A stretch of DNA of 64,000 nucleotides from the human T2T-CHM13v2.0 reference genome, Homo sapiens, in NCBI RefSeq assembly GCF_009914755.1, contig NC_060929.1. One strand, 5' to 3'. A program made the position numbers and the translations under genes. The notes below the pieces were generated by a model, which did not search any database, was not told the origin of the DNA, and saw nothing but the letters and a program-made list of their open reading frames with translations. This document shows positions 1 through 14,900 of the stretch, in pieces (positions within the stretch are counted from its first letter, which is position 1; the number at the start of each line of letters is the position of its first letter).

Positions 1-819
1 ATCCCCGCCCCCAATGCTCAAAGTGTTCAAAACTAAAAGCTACAGCATCTTTTCAGCAAGTAATCAGCACAAGTTGAAAGGCACATGCTGTTGCATTTCT
101 GATCAGATTGTATGTTAAGCAGGAAAATATACCCCCACCCCAACCCTTTTTGGCTAAATGCATGTCTGTTTAAAGAAGCCACCAGGCAGTGCCTCTCACT
201 TTGTCTTGGCAGGGCACAACCATCAGACGAAGTGGGAGGAAGAAACATTAACTTCAACAGCTGTTTCTTGACCCCGGCTGTCAGTCTTCCCAAGAATAAA
301 TTTTGGAGAGTCCTATTTGAAACAAAGAGGGAGTTTTGGGGGAGAGAAAAGTTGGTTGGTTCCAGGGCGACCGCCCAAAGAAGCAGGGAACAAGATGTTT
401 GCAGTTACCACGCAGCCTGCAAGCCTCTGCCGGGTGCAGGGATGGAGCAAAGTAACTTGAAAGCTCCCCTCTCGGCGCCCTGTGCCTGCAGCTTCCCCCC
501 CTAACGCGCGCCCAGATCCAGCGCCGGTGGTAGGAGCCGTAGCTCGACTACAGTAATTCCCCAGCTCGGGCGGCTTGAAACTGCTCGGGCTGAATAGCAT
601 TTGCTGTTCCGTCCTGCGGCCGCCTCCCGCCGCGGCTGCCGCGCTCCCTGCAAAGCAGCTCTCATTATCCCGGAAGTTGTGCTGACACAGTCTCGCTGCC
701 ACCAGAAGTTTGTCAACATCAAACTTCTCCTGTGTGGGGTACGTTCACCTTCCACGAGTATTTAATCGAGCCAACAAGCAAACAAACAAACCCAAATAAA
801 CCTGCCCGTGATGTTATGG

Positions 820-821
<2 letters not shown>

Positions 822-858
<37 letters not shown>
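822..858. repeat. Poly(T)37 mononucleotide tract
   Basis: Uninterrupted T run seen directly. Confidence 0.95.
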
Positions 859-861
<3 letters not shown>

Positions 862-916
862 TTCCTGGAAAGCTGGAGCTGTTAGGAATGTGCTGGTGGG
901 GTCTGAGAGTGCCTGT

Positions 917-936
917 GGGGTGGGCGGGGGGGTGGG
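917..936 (+). other. G-quadruplex-forming motif
   Basis: GGGG-T-GGG-C-GGGGGGG-T-GGG: four G-runs with 1-nt loops. Further G-runs at 1016-1045. Confidence 0.75.
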
Positions 937-2256
937 CGGATGGAGATAAGGGAGACGGCCCCCCGGGTGGGGAGTGAGGAAGGGGCAGCGGAGGCGGCAG
1001 GCGGGCAGCTAGAGCTGGGGGCGGGAAGGCGGCTGGGGCTGGGGGCCGGCGAGTGGGTCCTGCAGCCTCTTGGCTGCTGCTTGTTTGGAGGATGTACGGA
1101 CAGGGGCGAAGGTGGCTTTGGGTCCCCCGACCCCGCAACAAAGGTTATATGGAAGTGATGGCGAGGCAAAGCTGGGAGGGCCGGGACGCCCACTGTGCTC
1201 TCCACACTCCTGCAGGACATTTCTGCAGACATCTCACGGCATCTTTCGGAATAAAGGGCATTGGGGTCATAAAATGTATTCTGAGACTTAAATTGCAACA
1301 TTAAAAAAAATTCCATAGGATTGGAGGGCAGGGATGCACCATCATTTCTGTCTTTGAGAGGTCTCTTCTGGTATCCTTGATTAAGACCATTTGGTCTAAA
1401 CTTAACTGACTTCCTCAGCCAGGTCTCGGCGTTTAGTTCAAGTTGCAGCAACACAGTTTGATGTTTGTGGTTTCCAGTTGCTCCCCTGCTGAGATGCTCC
1501 AGGTGCTCCACCAGCGCCTGGGGACTCTGATTAACACTTTCCATTCCATAGTTTTACCCGGACAGGGTCAATCCTGCTCAGATGATGGAGAGGACAAGGT
1601 CGGCCTTGCAGAGTTGAGACACAGGCATTCATGAAGGGGTGCTACTTGGGGGCCACAGGCTTTTGTGGAGGGGCTGGAACTTCAGACACTGATAATAACT
1701 TTGTATCTGCTTCGGAAAGCCACTAGTACTGCACTCAAACAGGGGAGAACAGAAAGGGGGTTGCGGTAATACCCCACGTGGTGTCCAGGCAGATGGGGCG
1801 GCTGAGAGAGTTCAGTATCTGTCCACCTGTGGGTGCAGCCACATTCTTCTCTACTCTTCAAAAATAAGTCGGAGTGAGTAAATATCTCTGAAGAGATTAA
1901 TATTACTCATTATCCCACTATGATATTGTGGGAGTGGGGAGGCAGGTTTCATCCATTTAGGAAGCGAAGAGCTGAATTTTCTCTTCTTGTTGGTCATCTG
2001 TTAGTGAGTATGTTTTTAGGAAAATTAGGTCTACAGTCATGTATCTTCAATAGCAAGAAGCAAGATGCTTTCTCCTCTTTTTCAAACTGCCCTAAACTGG
2101 AAAATTGTATCAGTCTTAAGGGGCCAGCTTACCTTAAACAAAAAAACAAAATCTGAAGAAAATATAACCGGGGCGTTTCTTGAAACTGGAAGGTACTTTG
2201 GACAAACAGAAATCAAATGCATTAAAATACAGTTATAGAGCAGGCAGTCCTTAAAT

Positions 2257-2267
2257 GCGCGCGCGCC

Positions 2268-2322
<55 letters not shown>
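2257..2322. repeat. (GC)5 + (CA)n microsatellite
   Basis: gcgcgcgcgc followed by about 27 CA units. Confidence 0.95.
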
Positions 2323-2324
<2 letters not shown>

Positions 2325-5300
2325 TGGGGGGATGGTGGCAGGGCAGAGAGAAATGTGTTTTTTGAAAAGTTTGGCTATTCACTACGGTAAAATTTTCCCC
2401 TTGGCCATGCCTCAAAAATTTCCCTTAATTATTTATTCAGACTCCTGTTCTTCGGGTGGTATTTCTATTTACTTATTTTCTTATAGTCCACAAAGTACTA
2501 CTCAACATATTGGACCTCAGTGTGGACAGGTGAATGAAGGACATGTGGAGAATTCCATTTCCAACTCCATGTGCATGAATTATTTGCCCTGGTTGTTCAT
2601 CTGTCATAGTGTAAAAAGCCTGATTTACAAAGACTGGAGGCCTTTCGCAGAACAAGGTATTGTATGCTTCCTATGGTTGGGCTTATTTACAAATAAAACT
2701 ATTTTGCATTTCTGTCTGAAATTCCCTACTTGCACAAGGATAATTTTCAGAGTTTTCAGTTTCTAGTTCCGGAATGGGAGTGGGAAGCACGAGGAAACAA
2801 TTTCTTTTTACAGTGATGTGAGCTCTATGCTCATCTGGATTTAGTTACTTCATAAGGTAAATATCACTAAATGTGCATTGGGGTCTTTAGAGATCTAAGG
2901 CGCTGGATGGGTGAAAATAGTCTACTGTGAAATGCTGAAGAATGTCAAACAACTGAATTCATTTGCAGAACTAATTGGGTCAACTATGGTGTTCTTTAAA
3001 GTGGAGATTGATTTGAAAAATTTGTAAAGTATTTTCAGTTTAATTTCAGTTACATTTAGGTTATATTAGTCAGCATGACTTTTAGAATTTTATCCTAGAA
3101 ATTCAATTAAAACAGATCTTTCTGAAAAATATATACTTTCCAGTGAATAGTGTCCACTAATGAAAACATAGGTTTTGAATTTCATGCTAATTACATTTTT
3201 AAATAATGAAGTTCTTGTCATTATTTTTATTTAAAGGCAAAATATCTGCATAGATAATAGCCAAAGCTAACCAAACTGCTTTAAAAATTAATGAATATTA
3301 ATGAAGTTCAGGAATAGCACAATACTGCCCCTGCCTGCCTCAGGGAAACAAATGTATTGACTTCATTCTCCTAAAATAACAACCCTTAGTTATTGATGGT
3401 TAAAATAATTTTATTGCTAAAAAGATGGTAGATAATGCATTTTTTGCAATTCTTAAAGACTTGGCCCTGTTGAATACACTAAGATCTTTTATCATTTTAC
3501 ATATCTGAATGCTATTTCTTTTCATTAATTTGCTGTCTTAACATATATCTTTCTCATTTTTCTAAGTTCTCCTCCCCCCTCGTTTTAGTAGTTCACATGA
3601 GCAACTCAGAGTTTTCAGGCCTTCTTCTATATTTGGTATATAGATAATAGCATCATTAGTCAGCGCTTTCATTCATCTAAATTTGTCTAAGCATATTGGA
3701 AGCTGCCCATGAAATTTTCCAATGAAAGTGACAAATGGACGTCAATCAAGTGGCCCCACCCATTTCAACCTTGTTTTGTATGATGTGTGAATGTTTGTGT
3801 ATATTTCTTCCATAAAGATAGGCTAGGCTATTTTTTGATCTGGACATCTGCCTGCTAAGGCAAGTTTCCCAGGCAGATCACTGGTTGGCATTAGACTAAA
3901 TTTGCAAAATTTAACACCAAAAAATGACAAAAGAAAAGAAATAGTATATGAAATTAAATAATGGCAGAATTCATTCCCTTAAGATAAATAATTTTTGATG
4001 CTCTAAATTTCAAGATTCTACAGTTTTACTTTAAATGAATTTGTAATGAGAAAGGTAAAATCATTTCAAGTAAGCCAGCAAATTTGGGTCAAAATGAAAG
4101 CAGTTCTGTGAGAGAGAGATACCTGCTTCCTATAGGGCTGTTTGGGATTTTCTGTCTGCTAAAATATATATGTATTTTAATACCTATGCATACTATATTC
4201 TCTCTCTCTGTCTCGCTGTGTTTGTGTGTGTGTGTGTGTATTTGTATTATGCTACATTCATGTCCTATTTCTATTTTCCTTCTTTGTTTTTAATAACCAG
4301 TCCAATCTCTAATGCTATTTTTTGGGTGAATGTGCTTATTAGGACTTGCTGCCAGTTTTAATCTGAGATTACTTTGACTGCACTTGAAATCTGTTGCTGT
4401 TTTATAACCTGTAACATGTTTTTACATGTTTGGGAGTGCTACTGCTGCTGCTGTAAAAAATTCTGTGTTGAAATTATAATGAGTTTATGTATTTAGCCAA
4501 AAAGTACCGTATGCTGAAATGAGACAGGAAAGATTCTAAAATCCTAAATGGGTTAGTAAACCCTTGATAATAATTGTAGTTTTATGGATAAAAATATCTT
4601 TAACGTTTTCACACAACATAGAATAGGTTTTTTTCCTCAAGTTGTTATAGAATCTCTTTGTCCATAAGGAATATTAAAGAAAAGTTTAGCATTTGAAGTT
4701 ATTCTATTTGGGAATGCTTTGGAGTGAAGCTAATCTTTACACCCAGGACCACAGATTGCAATTTCACTTACCATTATCCATGGCAGGATGTTTAATTTTA
4801 CTCCTGCGACCCAAAGAATTTTTAGTGAATTTTTAAAAGTGGAATGTGGAAAGTATCTCCAGCTCATTGCAAATGTGGGAATTAGATAAATAATGCTCTA
4901 AATGACCATTTATTCTATGACTTGTTATTATAATGAGGAGACATGAAAAAAAGTTAACTAAACTGTGGGTTTAAAAGTTTAGAATATCTTTTGACTGTGG
5001 CTGTAATCAGAGTCATCACGGCAATTACATTTTAGCATGTCATGATTTCTTTGGTCCACAATTGTTTTTCTTTCCAAATGTGCTGTATATAAAGGTAAAA
5101 TTGAGATTTTTTCTAATGGCTTATTCTGCAAGCTAAACTTGTTTTCTAAAAACCTAATCAGACATTTCTTTCTGTTTATATGGAAATAAAGAATCTTGAA
5201 TTAGGAAAAGAACCTGGTTCTCTTGCTTATGATTTTGGAAACATAGCAAAAATTTTTAATATATAGATTTATGTTATAGGGATAACTGCCTTTTTATGGT

Positions 5301-7119
5301 GGGCGGTGGGGGGTGCGGGAAGAAGCCTCGGTTTTGTTAATAAGCAATACCAACCTGGCTTGGAACTACTACTAAGAATTAGATATGAAAAGGATCAAGC
5401 TGCTCTAACTTAAATTTCCAGATATGTAACATGTGCGATGGCCACTTACCTAGTGGAAAAATAATATGTTTACTTTCCTACAATTTTCTGAATGCATCCT
5501 ACTTTGGAGATTTACATATGATGGAAATCTCTGTGTTTAGGAGCCTAGTGTGGGAAATCTGACCTGCCAGGATTCTCCAGCCTTGCCATCCTTCCTCCTA
5601 GCTGGTGGTTCCTTCTTTATGCCACACGCCTGATTCTTCTCCTCTAGTCTGTATCCTGTAGTGTGCCCCCATCAGGCCTCCTCTGGCAGAGCACAGATTA
5701 ACAGGTTCAGCCTCACTTACAAGCTCTTTAAAGATAAAATTAGCCAGGTTTATTTCCGCCCCCACCCCCAAAAAACTATTTTTAGTCAAAGGATCTTAAG
5801 GATGAAGAAGTTCTAGAAGAGGCCTGTAAGCAGAGGCTGCTTTCAGGTTGTGGTTCCTGGAGAACCCACAGCCCAGGGCCCAGAAGCCCTTTAAAGTATT
5901 TTATGACCACTGGAGGGCTCAGAAGGAATCCCTAAATGCCTTTAAAAGTCCCAGAACCCTCCCCATTTAGCCCATGCTTGTAACCATACTGCGCCATTCC
6001 CATAACAAGGGCATGAAGAAGCTTTTGGGTAGGCTTGGAAAAATGACAGGGATGGATGTGTCCCATCTCACTGTTCCAAGGAGAAGATTGGAGGACAGGC
6101 AGCTGAAGGGACAGATACCCTGTCCAGACACTTGACAACTCCTGGGCAGTGAGCCAAGCAGTGGGCCAAGCACTGGGCACAGCTCCAGAGGCCGGGCCTA
6201 TGCCCAGGGCACTCAGTGATTTAAAGCTGGCAAAAGAGAACGCTCCTGTCGGCAGGAAACTGAATTGAACAGATTGGGAAAAAGCAAAAACAGGCTGCCC
6301 AGGACGCTGTCTCCCTGGACTCAGTTTTCAGTTGTCAGCGGCAACCTGGGGTAGAGCAGATTCTGCATTTCCTCCTGCCTAGGAGGCTGGTGGAGGTGGG
6401 ACCGAGTCCAGGGAGTATGCAGCACGCGAGGACCCAGCACAGGGAGGCACAGAGGAGACGCCTGGCACATACCCCACCGGGGAGAAACCTTGGCGTGGCA
6501 AAGTCATCAATTCAGTATTTTCCAGGCTAGCTTTGCCTGGGCTCTGGAGTGCCCTCTCAAAGTGAGTGCTGGGATAAGAACAGGGTTTTTCCTGTGAGTC
6601 TTGATGCTTCATAATTTCTGTAAAATGTTAGCACTTCCTTGCCCAGGGATTTATCTCAAAAAGTATCTTAAGAGAGTAAGAGAAAGAACAAGATTTTCTC
6701 AGCCTTTTATTTCATTTCTACTTTTTAGTGCTTACCCTGATTTTATAAGAAAAAGAAAAATTGAAGGCTAGGAGAAATCCCCCCTCCTGTTGCTATAGCA
6801 TACTCATGCTTTTGATGTGCTGAACCACTGCAGCTATTTCTCAAGGGTTAAACGTTGGAAAGTCAGTCCTACTTCCCTACTCCTAGAGGAAGGCAAAATA
6901 GTTAGTTTCAGAGAATTCTGGACCTGGGGGAACCTAGGCATTGGGTTAGAGCCAAGAGAACATGAAAGAGAATGAAGCTTTGGATTTGCAGAAATCCAAA
7001 TGGGCTTCAGGTTAATAGTGGGGGATTTGAGCTGATGGCTCACATAATTAACAGGGGGAAAAAACCTCCAGATTTTTTTTCCCTTTCTCTTTAAGTAAGA
7101 AATGACAATGAAACTCAGT

Positions 7120-7236
7120 AGTCATCTCAGACCTCCTGAACCAGCATCTTGGGTGGGGTGGGAGTGTGCTCAAGAATCTGCAGTTTCAACGGTTTCCTAA
7201 GTGATTTTTATATATGCTGAATTTTGAGAGCTACAG
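7120..7236. mobile_element. MER5-like hAT-Charlie DNA transposon fragment
   Basis: gaatctgcagtttcaac...gtgatttttatatatgctgaattttgagagctac resembles the MER5 end. Confidence 0.5.
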
Positions 7237-7504
7237 CCACACAGCTTAAGAATAATGTCATCCTTCTATGGTCCCAAATCATGAAGGGAAATAAAGACTT
7301 CATCTGAAGTCATTTCTGTATTATTTTTGGAAGCTGTAATCATTTTATAGGACATTTACCTTTCTAGTTGCCTTCATGTAGGGCAGATTTTATATTGGTA
7401 ATGCTTGGCAGCAAAGGGTTACTGAGTAATTTAGTCTGGCTCTTAATAATTATAACAGCAAAAAAAAAATTGTGCTCCTCAATTTTCTGAGTGCTCACAT
7501 AGAG

Positions 7505-7605
7505 TATCCCCATTGTACAGATGCGGACATTTGGGCATAGAGAAGTCAGGCAACTTTTCCGAAGTCAAGGTGAATGGTACAGCCAGGTTTCCAACTAAAG
7601 CATGT
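7505..7605 (-). mobile_element. MIR SINE fragment
   Basis: cccattgtacagatg...agagaagtcaggcaacttttccgaagtca is the reverse complement of the MIR core. Confidence 0.6.
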
Positions 7606-7666
7606 GGGGGTTAGAGATTGTTACATAGGTAAAGCTCCTGACACATAATAGTCGCTCAGTGAATAG

Positions 7667-8182
<516 letters not shown>

Positions 8183-8479
8183 TGATTAGGTGCTGAGTAA
8201 ACCACAAGGCTAGAAACCTATTACTGGGTTTATCTAGTGCCTATCTGGATGAAATTTTAAAATTGTGTCTAAATACCCAAGACAACTGGCTGAATTTTTC
8301 TTGACTAACGTACACAACATCTAAGGAAAATTTCTTTAAAAGGGTAAGTAGCGATGATGCTGCATGGCATCTCCAGAGCTTTGAAGTCAGTTTTAAGAAA
8401 TTGATTTGGTTACATCATTGCTTTATGAAGGCCGTAAAGTCTGTCAGCGCCTCCTGGTTCATCTCTCTAGACAGACATT

Positions 8480-8822
8480 CCAACATGCCTCTCACATGTT
8501 GTTCCCTGTGCTCGGAATAGACCTTCTTTTCTCTCTTCCTGGAATGCTCCAATTCATTCTTCAAGGCCACATCTCAAATGTTACGTTCTGTGTGAGGTCC
8601 CCTCATCCCAATTCCCCAGAGAAAATTACTCTCCTCTGTGCTCCCACAAAACACAGTCACACTGGGTTACAGCACTGTTACAAAGCACTGAATTGAAATG
8701 ATCTGTCTTTTGAGTTCTTTCTGGCCAAGAACTTTGATTTACTCATCTTCCTGTGTGTCACGAACTAGCACAGTCTATGGCACAATTTTCAGTGCTATAT
8801 AAATGCTAGTTAAATGAATGAA
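8480..8822 (+). mobile_element. L2 LINE 3' end
   Basis: ctcaaatgttac...taaatgctagttaaatgaatgaa is the typical L2 tail. Confidence 0.65.
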
Positions 8823-8862
8823 AAGTTTTAAGTCGTGTAGGTTTTTAATTTATTAATATTAG

Positions 8863-8992
8863 CCCACTTATGCCTAGTGTTCCATTATTGGAACACTAAG
8901 CATGTGGGAGTTATTTATATCCTGCTGCTCAAGGTCATTGCCAAGGTCTGATTGGAAAAATTCAAAAAATTGCAGCCTCAGGCATAAATGGG
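8863..8992 (+). mobile_element. MER85 piggyBac (PGBD3-derived) MITE
   Basis: TIRs cccacttatgcct / aggcataaatggg, flanks TTAG and TTAA, internal palindrome GTTCCATTATTGGAAC at 8879-8894. Matches the remembered MER85 consensus. Confidence 0.92.
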
Positions 8993-9639
8993 TTAATAGG
9001 AGTTTGATTATACAAAGTCATCTCACTGGTTTTCAGTGGGCTGACCTAGAAGTTCTTGGTCATTCACTGTGATAGAAGAAATGAACTCAAAGAAACGAGC
9101 CTGCCTTCATGCACTTACATACTTTGTGCTGTCATCTGTAGTGGTGGAAGTCATACTTAACAATACGATCTGGGTTAGGTTAAAGACAACAAACATCAGA
9201 AGGAACAATGCTGCAACTGTGTTGCTAGGGATAGAAACCCAGTGTAGATGGCCTTGGTTTAGCATCCTAAGTTTGGAGTTAAAGATGGACTGGGAACATT
9301 TTAAAACCAATAATGTCTGAAAACTGAAAAATTTTCAGTTCTTCCTTGTTCCAAACTATGCTATATTTTCCCCTCCATTATTCTCTACCTTTATGTAAAA
9401 ATTCTGCTCTTCATGGCAGTCTTGAGCTAGTGGTATATAGGGAATTAAGAGGAAAGTAAAGTGAAGTAAGGTCTTTCCATCATTTCTCTTTGGCTAAGAC
9501 CAACACCTAGTCAAGAAAGCTGGTATCTTATAGTTCCAGTGGTGACCAGTGGTAGAATGCCTGAAGATTCTGGGCCCCGTATGCTGTGGCCACCACCTTT
9601 CTTTCTGGCATTATCTAACAAAACAGGGTTTCTGTATCT

Positions 9640-10325
<686 letters not shown>

Positions 10326-10619
10326 AGTCAGACAAAGAAGCAGGCTTTGGTGTGAACTGAACCAGAAGCAGATACGAGAAAAAAAAAAGGTTTCCCCAGA
10401 TACACTAGAGGTGGGAGACTCGTGAAACGGAAAGCAGCAGAGGCTTGGGTTGCATATCCATTCATTAAGTACCTCTGATGTGCCAGGCTCTGAGCTAAGT
10501 CATAAGGATGCATAATGAATGAGACACTGAGCCTTGCCCTCATACTGTCTTTAAAGTGTCTCTCAACCATGTACAGGCTAATGATAATGATGTTGATGTA
10601 ATAATAATGTAAGAGTGAC

Positions 10620-10850
10620 AATGTGTATTGTATATTGAGCTTCTACTATATACTATATACAGCATAATGTAGGTGCCTTATATTTATCAATTCATTTGAT
10701 TTTCACACAACAACCTGAGGTAGGCATTTTACAATCACTAGATTATAGTGGAAGAAATAGAAGCCTCAGAGGATTTCTTCCTCAATATTACTCATCTAGA
10801 GCTGAAACTTAATGAGAGACTCTGGTCTGGATGACTTAGAAGCTGTATTT
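10620..10850 (-). mobile_element. MIR SINE
   Basis: tcatttgattttcacacaacaacctgaggtaggcatt...gaaatagaagcctcagag is an antisense MIR. Confidence 0.55.
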
Positions 10851-11489
10851 TTGAATATTAGAGAGGGGAATAAAAGTTGGGCAGAAGTGAATCTGAAATC
10901 CCCCTAAATTCTCAAACTCTAATGTCTTATCCTCTGACAACAGCCTCCTGTCCTTCTAGGTCTGACTTTCTCTCACCCCAACCTCAATCAACCCAGCAGA
11001 GATCCTTAGAGCCTCAATGTTTTCCTTCTCCTGTCCACTGGCCTCCTTCCAGCCCCACTTCTGTCCTTACTTTCACCAAGTCTTGATCCCATCACAGCCC
11101 TCTACTTCCACTGCATCCATCAGTGAAACCTCAATGCTTTGATCAACTTTCTTTGCTCCTGCACAATTTGATCTTCTCATCACCCTCATGGAGTTGTTAG
11201 GAGGATTCAGTGAGTCAGTACATGCACTCTCTAAGAACAAGGCCTAGCATTATTACATGGTATACATGGCAGTATTGTTATTTACCCATGAGTAGCTAAT
11301 CACAGTTGGATGGAATCTTGGCTGTGCTCTTAGTAGACCTCAGCTGGATCCTAAATGGTTCTGCCTGTCGATATTGTTACTTGGCAAAGTTAAGCTCCCA
11401 GATATTTTTGAGGATGATTCCAAATCTCTACTGTTCACATAGTTTCTACTCAGCTCCCAATACCCTTGGTGTCAGCAAATGATCTTGGC

Positions 11490-12260
<771 letters not shown>

Positions 12261-13708
12261 AGTCACTGATAAAATGGGGGTATTGCCATTGCTATTCTTG
12301 ATGCCTGCTTCATCAGTACGTTTCTCTTCCTGGCTCACAGAATGAGTGCTGCCCCCCTTATTCAAGGCTCACCCCTGTTCCTTTGTACACATTTCACATT
12401 CATTGGTGCCTTCCAGATTTTATCTCATAATTCATATCTCTCTTCTATCTTCAACTGTTCCCTTTCTACTGGTCCTTTACTTTTAGTCTAAAATGTGCTC
12501 ATTTTCCTTTTTACCCAAACTACTCAGCATTAGCTTACATCATTCTCTTCACTTCCTTACCTTCTATTCTTCTCTGTGTTTACTGCTTTCACCTTCCCCC
12601 GCTTGTGGGTCACCAGTGATTTCATACTGGCAGATGTGATGGCATTTTTAGACTGGAGCTAATGGGACCTCTCTTTTACACTGGACAATGTCAGTCACTT
12701 TACTTCTTAGAGCTCTCTATCTTGTTCCTAGGTTCCAAGACACTGCTCTCTCCTAGCCCCCTGAAAACCTTCCTAGTCTCTCTCTCTGTCTCCCTTAAAG
12801 GTTTCCCTGCTGTCCACTGCTCTTCTCATGCTACATATTCTCTTTGGGCGATCTAACTACTCCACAGTTTTATTTTTTCCCTTATACTGATGACAGTCAG
12901 ATCTATATGTATCCACTCCCGTGCTCTACTTGGAATTTCAAATATTTTCTGTATGTTTACACCTTGATGTTCCAAAGGTATCTCAAATTCAACATAATAA
13001 AAACATGACTTATTATCTTAATAAAAACATAACTCCCAAGTCTGCTTTCTCTGCTATATTCTCTATCTCAGTTTACAGTATCACAATTTCAGCCATGCAA
13101 GCCAAGTTCCTAAGTGTCATTTTTGTCTTCTGATCTTCACTCTCAAAGCATTGTTGACCTTCCAAAATATTTAGTGAGTTGATTTCTCTTCTTGTAGCAG
13201 ATGCTGATGGCCATCTACCCAACTAACATTCTCCTTGCCTTCTCGCTCTAATATCCGCATGACTAGTAAAGCTATGTGCTTGAGGGAAAGCTGGCATTAG
13301 TCTCAGTCCCAGCTCCAAAGAACGAGTCTTGATTTGTCTACTGTAAGTCAATTGTGACCATTCTTGTCAAATTTTTAGTTACTTAGTTATCTATAAAAAT
13401 ATTTGACTCAGATATGAGGAAAAGAGTCATCAGATTTTAATTAACAAAGGCAAAAGAACAGGAATTATAAGGTTGGGAGGAAGAAGGAAAAAAATTCACA
13501 TTCTGGGAACAGTAAATCTTACTTTATATTTTGGGTAAACTGATTAGCCAGCAGCTGCTTTTGTTCATTCTGCTGCCACATTTTGCAAAGTCTTTTACCC
13601 TCTCCACCTTCTGCTAACTCAGGTATTACATTCTTTAGGAAAACTTCCTAGCAAACTCCCAACCCCTGCTACACACCCCAGATGAATTAGAAACCCTTTC
13701 TTTGTTTA

Positions 13709-13711
<3 letters not shown>

Positions 13712-13758
<47 letters not shown>
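13712..13758. repeat. (CA)n microsatellite
   Basis: About 23 perfect CA units. Confidence 0.95.
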
Positions 13759-13761
<3 letters not shown>

Positions 13762-14269
13762 GAGTTTGCATGCTAGATACTAGATTACTCTTTTTCTAAT
13801 TGGGGGCTTAGGGGCTAACGTTTAGGGAAGCCAAGAAATGTGCTACCACTAAATGCAGACCTAGTTGGGTATGGTGAGATTTTTTAAAAAGGGAAGAAAA
13901 GGCCATATTAGTTGCCTCTGATTAGTTCTGACTAGGAACTTTGGTATTCTGTCATTCTAGAAGTTAGATTATCTCATATACCTCATTTGTGAGATGTGTG
14001 ATTACTAAAGTTGAACTCCTAAATAACTGGAAAGAAACTCTCCTAGGAAACATATACAACTGGATCTGTCATTTATTTAGCATTTTATTCAAATGTTATA
14101 AGTGCTTCATAATAGCCTTGTTAATTAGTATTTGCCCAAAGGCAACTAATAATTTACTGGACAAAGTGTAAAAGTTCCCATTTTATTTATTTCCTCTACG
14201 TATTTTGTATGGAGGACAACAACCCACAGACCTTCCATTTTTTTTTCCTTTTCCTTTTGCAAGTTTTCA

Positions 14270-14900
14270 AGTATAATGAACGCTCATCATACCTTTCACC
14301 TAGAGTCACCAATTATTAACATTTTGCCATATATGCTTTGTCTCTCTCTTCTTCCCTCTCCCTTTCCCCACATGAACACATACCCCCTGCTTGCTTTTTT
14401 TGGCTGAACAAGCTGAAAATAAGTTGCAGACATCATCACTTCACCCCTTCATCCTTAAGCATGTGTCTTCTAAGAATAAGGACTTTCTCCTACACAGCTG
14501 CAATATCATTGTCACACTCAAAAAATTTAGCATTAATACAATAAAATGATCTAATATACAGCCTATATTCAAACGTCCCCCACTGTCCCAATTCTGATCT
14601 TTTAGCTGGTTTTTCCCTCCTGGATGTTATCAAATATTGCATTTAGCTGTTATGCTTCTTTAGCCTCCTTTTGTCTAAAACAATCCCTCCCCTTTAAAGA
14701 AAAAAAATTTCATGACATTGACGTTTTTAAAGAATCCAGATCTGTCATTTTGTAGAATGTTCAACAATATATATCTGAGTGGTGCTTTATGGTTGGATTC
14801 AGGTTAGGCATTTTTGCCAATACTGCAAAAGTTGTATTATTTTCTTCTCGGTGCGTAGCATGAGAAGGTTGTTTCATTGTTGGTGATATTGAGTTTGAAC
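14270..14900 (-). mobile_element. L1MC-like LINE 3' fragment
   Basis: caccaattattaacattttgccat...aagttgcagacatcat...ctaagaataaggact is typical of L1MC 3' UTRs in antisense. Confidence 0.6.

Larger units (their letters stand above)
360..1200. promoter_or_regulatory. CpG/GC-rich promoter-like region (CpG island-like)
   Basis: Dense CpGs (cgcgcg, gcggccgc, cgccgcgg). ETS/GABP-type CCGGAAGT at 670-677 and G-rich GC-box tracts at 900-1050. Upstream GC box and CCAAT at 3-15. Confidence 0.7.

Noticed and set aside
547-565. ACTACA...TCCCCAGC resembling the ZNF143/THAP11 promoter motif
   Set aside because: The spacing is about 3 nt longer than the ACTACAnnTCCCA consensus.
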